Source: Bugula neritina
Taxonomy: Eukaryota; Animalia; Bryozoa
Direction: 5' to 3'
DNA length: 64,000 nucleotides
Assembly (NCBI GenBank): GCA_964035545.1
Contig: OZ037767.1
Location: 19,670,628-19,734,627, forward strand
Positions 1-12,000 of this stretch are shown here, piece after piece. A program made the translations under genes and the position numbers. The stretch's first letter is position 1. The number at the start of each line of letters is the position of its first letter. The notes below the pieces were generated by a model. The model saw nothing but the letters and a program-made list of their open reading frames with translations. It had not been told where the DNA came from and did no database searches.

Positions 1-3000
1 TACCGACACTGGATACAATCAGGAACTCTTTCATCCTGGAGAAACTTTTGACTAACAATAAAACTGTGAGTAGTAAAATAGCTAGTGACTAATAACTAGC
101 AACTAATAACTGATAACTAATAACAGCTGCTGTGGCCACATAGACATTTAATTTAAGACTATAAAATGTTTGTATAAAAGTATTGTAAATTGTCTGTTAC
201 AAATTTAGTAATAATAGTAACTCTCATTATGGTATGTATATGGAATATATAAGTAAGGCATACTGTAAGCTTCTTATAGATCACTTACTCATTTTTTTTA
301 GGTTTTGTGCGTCGGCCCCACCGGTACTGGAAAATCATTGGCTATATCAGATAAACTAATCAACGGCATGCCGAGTCAGTATGTCCCAGAATTCATTGTC
401 TTCTCAGCCAAAACCTCTGCCAATCAGACTCAAGATCTGATTGATGGTAAGCTAGACAAACGAAGGAAGGGAGTGTTCGGGCCCCCTTTGGGAAAACAGA
501 TGGTGTTCTTCATTGATGATTTGAACATGCCGGCTCTAGAGGTCTATGGCGCTCAGCCTCCTATTGAACTCATCAGACAATGGTGTGACTTTAAAGGATG
601 GTATGACAGAAAGGCTATTGGTAAGAATTACATCACAGTGCTTGATACTATCATATGATCTGTTAAAATAAAATACTTTTCTGTAAAACTACTTAATAGC
701 AGTTTAGAAAAAGTAGAAGGTATAATATATATTGTCAACAATTGACTTGTACATCACAACAGCTTATGCCAGTTCAGGTGACAAAAAAGTATATGCACTA
801 AATAGTAAAGCATTACTACTAACGCAGACTAATCGCCTGAGTTACTAGTTGGGTTGGGATTTAAGGGTTTGGGTGGGAATGTGGGTTGGGAAAATTTAAC
901 ATCAGTGTGCTATTTTTACCTACTTTGCTATTTGTGCCATTATTACCTGTGGCATTTTTACCTGTGACATTTTTACTGGACACCAACTCTGACTAATTAC
1001 AACGTGTCGAAGTTAATTGTTTGTTGCTTCTAAGGTGACTTCCGAAACCTGGTTGATGTTAACTTTGTGGCTGCCATGGGGCCACCTGGTGGTGGGCGTA
1101 ACCCCGTGACTCCTCGTCTTATGCGACATTTCAACTTCCTGTCTTTTACTGAGTTGGAAGATGAATCACAGATTAAGATCTTTGGAACTATTCTGCAGTC
1201 CTGGACATGTGAGTTTGTTAGTTAGTAGAAAGGTTTACTGACTACTCTACAGTAACTATAAGCATCACTCGGTCAGCTTCAGTTGTTAGAATTAGAACAA
1301 TTAGTGTGTTTATTCGATCAACTGTATTACAGGTAGTTTATAGTTGAATGTAGTTGGAACTAACAACTAAACAATTCTTAATTTACCATTTAATGTGTAA
1401 AATGATACGGAGTGATAACTGAAGCTGATGTTTTAGATGGAAAATGTTTACGGCAACTTTTAAGCACAATATTTTTACTAACACAAAGTTCTTTAATCAC
1501 ATACTACTATCAATTATATAATTAAACAATTTTTTTGCTATGTATAATCGTTATGCTTTATGATTCCAGCTCAAGCCCCGCCCATTGTCGAACACAATAT
1601 CCAGCTTACAAAGACTACAATGTCAGTCTATTCTACAATCACCAACACTCTTTTACCTACACCAGCAAAGAGCCATTACACTTTCAACCTGCGAGATCTG
1701 AGCAAAGTCTTCCAGGGAATTCTCATGTTTAACCCAACAAATATGCCAGTTAGTTTCATGCTGTCTGCATATACTACATTACAGTGTAACTTGAACTTAT
1801 CACTTATTAAGTCAAGCATGTCAATGGAGTAGATGTGGTCTAGGGGTTAGAGCGCTGGCTCAGTAAACACAAGGTCATGGGTTCCATACCCAGTTAAGGC
1901 CATTGGTGATGTTAGTAAGAGTATCCAGTCATAAATGCTCCTGTGTGACATATGAATAAGTCCTTAGCTCGATTTCACGAACCCTTTTCATCAGGGGTTT
2001 CTCAAAGGGATAATAACTATAAAGTTGCATGAATTTGTTGTTAAGTCAATCGCATCACTACGAGAAAATTACATATAAATTTGTCCTTCTGTTATTCTTA
2101 GGACCTGCCAGCACTACTTAGACTCTGGTACCACGAGAGTTGTCGGGTTTTCCAAGATCGTCTCGTCAATAATGAAGACAGGCAGTGGTTTGATGATCTG
2201 TGCAAACAGAAGATGAAGGAAGACTTTAGCCAGGAGTTTGAGGAGGTGGTGGTCCAGTCCCCCTTACTCTACGGGGATTTCATGACTGGGGACACAGGCA
2301 CTTATGATGAGATTGTTGATCACACTAAAGTATGTCATCTTTGAACAGCTAATTATTAAAATATTGTGGACCACTTTTCGTTTTGCTATTTCTCTAAATT
2401 ATTTCGACTCTATAAATATGTCACACTCAATAACACAATAACAACTAGCATGCCACACCAGTTGTTGTGAACCAATGAAATCAATATCAATATTATCTGC
2501 TGAAACTTGCAGATGGTGAAGGTCATTGATGAGTTCCTGGATGACTATAACCAAGTCAACACGGCGCAGATGAAGCTAGTTCTGTTCAATGACGCTGTGC
2601 GCCACGTCTGCAGAATTGGGAGAATTGTCAGACAGCCTCTGGGCAACGCCCTTCTACTTGGCATGGGAGGTGAGAGCCTGAAAATAGTGTTGACTTATAA
2701 AGTTTTCAGCTACTATAAAATAGCATTACATGACGCATTATAAAATGATATACCTTATGCTATGATCAGTAAGTGTGCAAGTCAGTACCACTTTGGCATA
2801 TATATAATTCATTTTATTTAATCATTATTCTTTGGTGTTTTACATCATGTTACGGTTCAATGTGCTTCTCTGTAGGCAGCGGCAGGCAATCTCTTACTCG
2901 TCTGGCAGCGCATATTGCCGACTTCACCTGTTTTCAAATTGAGCTGAGCAAAAACTATGGTATGACCGAGTGGAGAGACGACCTCAAGAAGGTCATGCTA

Positions 3001-6000
3001 CAAGCAGGTCTCGAGAGCAAAGCAACGGTCTTCCTGTTCAGCGACACGCAGGTATGTAACTTCTTACAGGAGAGCATAATTCCCTACAGGAGAGCATAAA
3101 TATTCACAGGAGAGCATAACTATTTACAGGAGAGCATTTCTCTTTAGAAGAGATCATAACTCCTTACATGAAAGCACAACTCCTTACAGGAGAGCACGAC
3201 TCCTTACAGGAGAGCATAACTACTTTGCATCACACCACAGTGTGATAAGCCACTATTGGTTAACTATTCCAGTAAAAAAAACCTAACAATCAAGTAACTG
3301 ATAAATTCTAAGGCGGGTGTAATAGAAGCGTTTATGTTTGCATGCTCTATCATGCTACAGTTGCATTCCTGGAAGATATCACACAATTTTTATTTGATTA
3401 GTCATATAAATGTTTAATTTATAATTATGCATATGAGAATAAATAAGAGATGGGAGAAAGTGTTTAAAAGCACTACCCACTAGATAATTGCTACACAGTA
3501 GTATTTCTGTACTGTAGATAAAGTCCGAGTCCTTCCTTGAAGATATTAACAACATTCTCAATGCTGGTGACGTCCCAAACATCTACTCCTTTGACGAGTT
3601 GGACCAGATCTATACAGCCATGAAGCCTATAGTCCAAGATGCAGGCCAGCAGCCAACTAAAACTAACTTGTTCTCAGCCTACACTAAGCGTGTCAAGGCT
3701 AATCTACACACCGTCATCACAATGAGGTTAGCGGCAGCAGCAGCAGCAACTCCTCATTCTGTTGTATTATCACAATGGATATTTGATAGTATGAATTTTG
3801 AAAGGCTGTTTTTCACCTGGAACTTTTACACATCTTTAAACAACACAACATTTTTTTCAATCTTATTAACTAATAAGAGTTTTATGGCATAGAAATGCAA
3901 GGGTGTCTCTCTAATGCATTACTTAGTGAATTGTTGAGACACTCTGTGAACATGTCTATCTACATCACAGAATATTTCTGCATAGTACACACAATATTAT
4001 GTTGGTTATAATTAACAAATCTCTTTTTAAAGCCACAACGAAGTGCGAGGTGACAGGAGATCTTTTCAATAGCATTTTGTGGATTGAAATCAACCTTTTG
4101 CCATAGTTAAGGTCAATCTACATGCATATATTCACTTAATCATAAAAATCTTATTCATACAGTTTTACAGTTTGCTTTTATCAAACAAGAAGGTGCTCTG
4201 GTAGAATTTCTAGGCCGAGTGTTTTTGTTTACTTGTTGGTGGAATACTAATTTAGTAGTGCTATTTGGAGTTATCTTCTCTATAGAGTATTCACCACTTA
4301 TGTGTGTCTGTAGCCCTATAGGGGAAGTATTCACCACTCATGTGTGTCTGTAGCCCTATAGGGGAGGTATTCACCACTCATGTGTGTCTGTAGCCCTATA
4401 GGGGAGGTATTCACCACTCATGTGTGTCTGTAGCCCTATAGGGGAGGTATTCACCACTCATGTGTGTCTGTAGCCCTATAGGGGAGGTATTCACCACTTA
4501 TGTGTGTCTGTAGCCCTATAGGGGAGGTATTCACCACTCATGTGTGTCTGTAGCCCTATAGGGGAGGTATTCAGAGCTCATGTGTGTCTGTAGTCCTATA
4601 GGGGAGGTATTCAGAGCTCATGTGTATCTGTAGCCCTATAGGGGAGGTATTCAGAGCTCATGTGTATCTGTAGCCCTATAGGGGAGGTATTCACCACTTA
4701 TGTGTGTCTGTAGCCCTATAGGGGAGGTATTCACCACTCATGTGTGTCTGTAGCCCTATAGGGGAGGTATTCACCACTCATGTGTGTCTGTAGCCCTATA
4801 GGGGAGGTATTCACCACTCATGTGTGTCTGTAGCCCTATAGGGGAGGTATTCAGAGCTCATGTGTATCTGTAGCCCTATAGGGGAGGTATTCACCACTCA
4901 TGTGTGTCTGTAGTCCTATAGGGGAGGTATTCACCACTCATGTGTGTCTGTAGCCCTATAAGAAAAGTATTCACCACTTATGTGTGTCTGTAGTCCTATA
5001 GGGGAGGTATTCAGAGCTCATGTGTATCTGTAGCCCTATAGGGGAGGTATTCAGAGCTCATGTGTATCTGTAGCCCTATAGGGGAGGTATTCACCACTTA
5101 TGTGTGTCTGTAGCCCTATAGGGGAGGTATTCACCACTCATGTGTGTCTGTAGCCCTATAGGGGAGGTATTCACCACTCATGTGTGTCTGTAGCCCTATA
5201 GGGGAGGTATTCAGAGCTCATGTGTATCTGTAGCCCTATAGGGGAGGTATTCACCACTCATGTGTGTCTGTAGTCCTATCGGGGAGGTATTCACCACTCA
5301 TGTGTGTCTGTAGCCCTATAAGAAAAGTATTCACCACTTATGTGTGTCTGTAGTCCTATAGGGGAGGTATTCACCACTCATGTGTATCTGTAGCCCTATA
5401 GGGGAGGTATTCAGAGCTCATGTGTATCTGTAGCCCTATAGGGGAGGTATTCAGAGCTCATGTGTATCTGTAGCCCTATAGGGGAGGTATTCAGAGCTCA
5501 TGTGTATCTGTAGCCCTATAGGGGAGGTATTCACCACTTATGTGTGTCTGTAGCCCTATAGGGGAGGTATTCACCACTTATGTGTGTCTGTAGTCCTATA
5601 GAGGAAGTATTCACCACTTATGTGCGTCTGTAGTCCTATAGGGGAGGTATTCACCACTTATGTGTGTCTGTAGTCCTATAGGGGAAGTATTCACCACTCA
5701 TGTGTGTCTGTAGTCCTATAGGGGAGGTATTCAGAGCCCGCCTGCGACAGTTCCCGGCGCTGGTAAACTGCTGCACCATTGACTGGTTCTCTCCCTGGCC
5801 ACAAGAAGCTCTACAGTCTGTTGCCTGGAGATTCCTTGGAGATCTCATTGATCTTGATGAACGAAGCAACATTGACGGAATCGTAAGTTTTACTTCTTTC
5901 TTCATTTTAGTATTTTTTCTGTTGACTATATTATACATGTTAATAGTATATCTGTTGACTATATCGTACATGTTACTAGCACATCTGTTGAATATATTAT

Positions 6001-9000
6001 ATATGTTACTAGCACATCTGTTGAATATATTATATATGTTACTAGCACATCTGTTGAATATATTATACATGTTACTAGTATATCTGTTAACTATAGTGGA
6101 CATATGCATAAGTTACTCTTTAATAATAACATAATATTTTATTATTGACAACTTTCTTGTTGACTGTTAGCCAAAGGAAAACTCCTTGCGTGGTCATGTG
6201 GTAAGATTCGTTGTTAATCAACATATTTAGCCTCTGTTATCATTTATTTTATAGTTTATTTATTATTTCTGAATATTACTAACACATTTCTGTAGTCAGT
6301 GCTCTACACACAATAAATTTCATCTAGTTGAATTACTGTTTTATCTCTAATTTTAGTATTTAGTTCCATTTGCTTTTGCAGGTGTTAGTTTCATCCCAAT
6401 AATATCAGTTTCCTATTTTAAAGAACCTTTTTGGATTTCTATCTTATTTTAGTTCTATACTAATTTTTTTTCAAATGTCTACTCAGAACAGCTGTTTGTC
6501 ATATTAGTCAGACAGGTTTACATGTACGGTAAACAGTAGCTAATTATGTGACAGTAAATAATTATGTGACATTACTAAATATAGATGTCGATGGAAAACT
6601 TCTCCATTATGTGATTGATTAGTGAAAGCTACATTAGTCATATAGTATCCTTGTCTGACTTACTCATGCTCTGGTTCAGGTGAAGATGTGTCAGATTATC
6701 CATGAAGACGTCGTGCAGTACTCTCAGAAGTTTCTGGATGAACTCTCCCGATACAACTATGTCACCCCGACCAGCTACCTTGAGTTACTCGGCATATTCA
6801 GTAAGCTCATTGGCATCAAGAAGAATGAGCTGGTTGTTGCTAGGAAACGCACAAAGACTGGTCTGGATAAGGTGAGTATAACATGCTGTTATAGACACTT
6901 CTGTATACTTTCTTTTGCTTTCTAGAGAAATAAGACGTATTTTGCTTACAAAACTAAACAAAAGCTAAGTTTAGGTTGACTATTGCTTTGAAGTTTGTGT
7001 TTAAAAAAGGAACATGTTTTATTTTGTGCTGTGATTGTCACAAAGAGCACCATTTTTAGTCTCAGTCTTTCCTTCACAGAGCTAGCCGGTGGTGTGGTGG
7101 ATAAGTCCTACTACTTACATCAGGCTTGTTGATGTTACAAAGGGTTGAACCCCAGCTTTAGGCAAACCTGATTGTCAGTGTAGTTCTGGTCGACAAATAA
7201 ATTTGATTAGATTGAAATTATGTAAAGATCTGCTCTAAAACACTTGTTATATTCTGCAGCTGCTATCTACAGCAGACGAAGTTGCGAAACTGCAGCAGGA
7301 ACTAGAGACCATGAGACCTTTGTTGGAAGAGGCAGTAAAAGAAGCAGAAGTTACTATGGTGCAAGTAAGTCCTGTCTAAAACACAACTAGGGTTGGGGAC
7401 TGAAACTTTGAGTTGTTTTTGAGTTGGTGTTTATTCTTATTCGAAGTGTTATTTACAAGGTTTTTTGTGACAATTGACTTTGAAATATATCTCTGATGGT
7501 TATAACTATAATTAACAGTCAAACAGTAATTAGTTGAAAAAAGCAATAATCTGGTAATTAAGAATAACATTTATTAGCGGCATTCGTAAAGTTAAGGGAA
7601 TTTATAGAATTATTACTTTCAATACTTGAAAGTAAAACGTAAAATATGCTGTACATTTTTATACAAACTAAAATAAGAGTTTAAATTGACTGTTGAGTCT
7701 ATTGAGTTATGTACTGACAGATCACCAAGGACACGGCCGTGGCTGAAGAAACCAAGGCAGTTGTACAAAAGGAAGAGAACGAAGCAGCGGAGAAAGCTAG
7801 GGACACTCAGGCTATTGCGGATGATGCTCAAAGAGACCTGAATGAGGCCCTCCCCGCACTCGTGAGTTAATATAATGTGTCTGCTTGAACAAATGTGTGT
7901 CATTGGAAAAGTTGACTTGGCGCTTAAAGCATTTGTTAAGAGTTAAATAATAACTCATCAAAGGAGTCAATGGATGTTGATGAAAAAGAGAATTAGCTAC
8001 TTGCAACATCTGTTGATGAAGCCTTAATAGAATCTCAATGCTTAAACCCCAACAGCTAACAGTCTGTGTTTTATTTTTTATAGGTTCCATACTTGTAGTT
8101 TACCACAAAAACTTAACAATTTTCATATATCATATTATTATGAGTTGGAAGCATAAAACTACAAATTGCTATATACTTATCCCTTGTATTAGGCATACAT
8201 GAATCGAAACTGTTTAGGCTTGTAAATTCCAAAGTTACTTGAGCTCTCTGGCTGGACTTCATATGAGCATTATAAACATTCTTTGGTATAAACCTTAATT
8301 TCTGTCATGGTGTGGGCCATGGTATTTTGTTCTGTGCTGATGAGGTAACAAACCCTGAACAGCTGTTGTACACGGATTGAGTTAAATTTAGATAGTAATA
8401 CTAACAGTTCATTTATTTTCTGTTTTCAGGACGCTGCGTTGGCCAGTCTGAAGTCTCTCAACAAGACTGACGTTGTGGAGGTGAGAGCCATGATGAGTCC
8501 ACCAGCTGGTGTGAAGACGGTGATGGAAGCCGTCTGCATCATGAAGGGAATCAAACCTAAGAAGAAGGACGGGGAGAAGCCAGGCCAGAAGATTGATGAC
8601 TACTGGGAGCCTGCCAAAAGTTAGTTTTTCACGTCTTCCTTTTCTCACAGTAGATTCAGATTTCTATTGTTTCAATTTTTATCGCAAAAATCGTCATAAT
8701 CTGTAAATGTAGGCTGTGAATAGTTATTTTTTTGTAAAATTTCACACGTTTAATTTTATTTTGAATTTTATTGGGAAATCCTGGTGTTGAACATGTTATG
8801 TCACCATCATTTTCAGACTAAGTAAAAGTTCAACTGTGAGCTAATCTCCTGAATGACATCATATGACGCTACTCAATATTACATGACGTCATAATTGGTC
8901 ATATATATCAACTGTTGGGCCCTAAACAGGCTAAACTAGTCAGCTGCGCTGACTCAATCTACACACAACATACATCCTGCTGCTGGTATATATTCCTGCA

Positions 9001-12000
9001 TAATCTATAGTTTTCTTCTGCTGGTTAAAAAAACATTTTTTTCGTGATTTTAGGTATTTTGAGTGACCCAGCCCGGTTCTTGGAATCCCTGTTTAAGTAC
9101 GACAAAGACAACATACCTGAAGCTGTTATTACCAAGATCCAACCGTATATTGACAACCCGGTATTCACTCCTGCTAATATTGAGAAGGTGTCTAAAGCCT
9201 GCACTTCCCTGTGTCAGTGGGCCAGGTAGATAGACACATTATAGTATTATATAAGCTATAGCGTAGTGTATTCACTATAGCATATGTGCTACAGCATATG
9301 TAATAGCTGAATACACAACATTGCTTGTAATAAGTAATCTGTTGCTGCAGTTAGCTTTTTGTTATTAGATTTTTAAACTATGCAAATGTTGAAGGGAAAA
9401 AACATTGCGAACCTATACTTACAGAGCTAAATATCATATACTTACAGAGCTATATATCATATACTTACAGAGCTATATAACATATACTTACAGAGCTAAA
9501 TAACATATACTTACAGAGCTATATATCATATACTTACAGAGCTATATATCATATACTTACAGAGCTATATATCATATACTTACAGAGCTAAATATCATAT
9601 ACTTACAGAGCTATATATCATATACTTACAGAGCTATATAACATATACTTACAGAGCTAAATAACATATACTTACAGAGCTATATATCATATACTTACAG
9701 AGCTATATATCATATACTTACAGAGCTATATATCATATACTTACAGAGCTATATAACTTATACTTACAGAGACATATAACATATACTTACAGAGCTACAT
9801 ATCATATACTTACAGAGCTATATATCATATACTTACAGAGCTATATATCATATACTTACAGAGCTATATATCATATACTTACAGAACTATATAACATATA
9901 TTTACAGAGCCATGCACAAATACCATTTCGTGGCAAAGTCAGTGGCACCAAAGAGAGAGGCTCTGAGACTTGCTCAGGAATCTTTGGCCGAGACGCAGAG
10001 AATTCTGGATGCAGCGAAAGCTCAGCTACAGGAAGTTGAAGAAGGTCTGGCCACGCTGCAGGCTAAATTTGACGACTGTACACGGAAGAAAGAGGAACTG
10101 CTGAACAAGTGTGAAGAATGTGAAGGAAGACTTGTTCGAGCTGATAAGGTGGGCGTTATCTTAGATTCGTTTATTGAAGCATTTAATCACACAGTTCATA
10201 AGTGTTAGTTGTAGTAATCGATACGTTGGGTTTTTATCAATTCTTTATTTCATTATGTTTCTAAATATTCCAGTAGAAACCTAACTTTGTTTTGTCTATT
10301 AATTTAAATTTTGCTACATGTTTTGAGTTATATTTTATTCATCAAGTTTATTGAAAAAGGAATAGATGCTAGTAAATGAAATTACTTTTTGTTACTACTA
10401 CAACTCTATTTATTTGTAATGTATGTGAGTAAACTAGTGACTTTTCTTTCAGCTGATTGGTGGATTAGCAGACGAGAAGGGAAGATGGGAAGAGTCTGTT
10501 GAGAGACTTGAGAGAGAGATCGATTTGATTGTTGGAGATGTGTTGATCTCCTCTGGTGCTGTAGCATATCTTGGTCCATTCACGGTTAGTATGTAACGCG
10601 TAGAGATACGTGGCGAGTAGAACATTAAAAGTTTGCAACCTGTGTTCTGTTTTCAGTACTAGAAAACGATAAAGTTTTAATTGAACTACTATCTTGCAGT
10701 CTTATACAGGTGATGGTGATATTATAGTTACTTGGCTGTGCACTGTCCACTAGTCAGACATAAACTACTTCTATAAAGTATTTCTTTCTGTTATACTAAT
10801 ACATAGGATTACATTGTAGGGTGAGTTCCGAAATGAAATGATGTCTAATTGGCTGAAGAAGTTGGGTGATACTGAAGTGCCCCACACCGATGAGCCCAGT
10901 ATTGTAAGCACTCTAGCCGATCCAGTGAAGGTCAGGAGCTGGCAGATAGCTGGCCTTCCCAAAGACACGCTGTCGGTAGAGAATGGCGTTGTCACCCAGT
11001 TCTCCCGGCGGTGGTGTCTATTTATAGATCCCCAGGGACAAGCCAACAAGTGGGTCAAGAACCTGGTAAGTTTCATCCTATCTTCGTCTATTGTGAAAGG
11101 TGTTTGCTTTACTGGCTTAAAATATCACTATTAGAGATTCCATAATAACAAAATTTCAGCCAGTCATTGTAGTTCAATCCTTTATTGCATCGATGTTTGA
11201 ATGAGCAACGTATGTTTTTGGTAAAGCCATGTCTAAATTGGTAGTAAGAATTTACTAACAACATTTGATAAAATTGTATCAAAATAGGCTATTAGCTTCA
11301 TAATCTGGAATTAGCAGACTTCTGGAGTTAACAAACATAAGGCACAGGGTTTGTTCAGTCTGTCACTCTGATACCGACTGTAACTAGTTAGTCTTTAAGT
11401 TGTGTAGTGTTGATATTACCCAGTAGCCGGAGGTCTCGGGTTCGAATCCCAGTGTGCGCAAAAGTTTTACAGGTTGCTAGTGATTATTGTCGAATGTGTG
11501 TAGGAGCGTGAGGCGGGACTGGACGTCATTAAACTGTCTGACAGAGACTTTCTCAGATCCTTAGAGAACGCCATTAGGTTTGGTAAACCCTGCCTACTCG
11601 AGAATGTTGGAGAGGAACTGGATCCTGCCCTAGAGCCAGTCTTACTCAAACAGACTTTCAAACAGCAGGGTAAGAGAGTTGTACTCATACTTTAATTCTG
11701 CATATACTTGATGTTGCATATACTTGACGCCTGCATATACTTGACATCTGCATTTACTTGACGTCTGCATATACTTGACGTCTGCATATACTTGACATCT
11801 GCATATACTTGACGTCTGCATATACTTGACGTCTGCATATACTTGATGTCTGCATATACTACCTGAAGTAAATAAACGTTTATCCATGTTTTCACACTAA
11901 AGGAAGTCTGGTGCTGAAGCTAGGAGATGCTGTCATACCATACCACGAGGACTTTAAGTTCTACGTGACTACTAAACTGCCAAACCCTCACTACACGCCA

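Noticed and set aside
1826-1900. Functional tRNA gene
   Set aside because: A and B boxes are present, but there is no proper acceptor stem or terminator and it continues into a SINE-like body.
4287-5737. CRISPR-like array
   Set aside because: Units are contiguous with no unique spacers, there are no cas genes, the context is a eukaryotic intron, and the unit derives from the splice junction.
5651-6134. Hydrophobic repeat ORFs on both strands
   Set aside because: A dynein exon plus the 33-bp intronic repeat.
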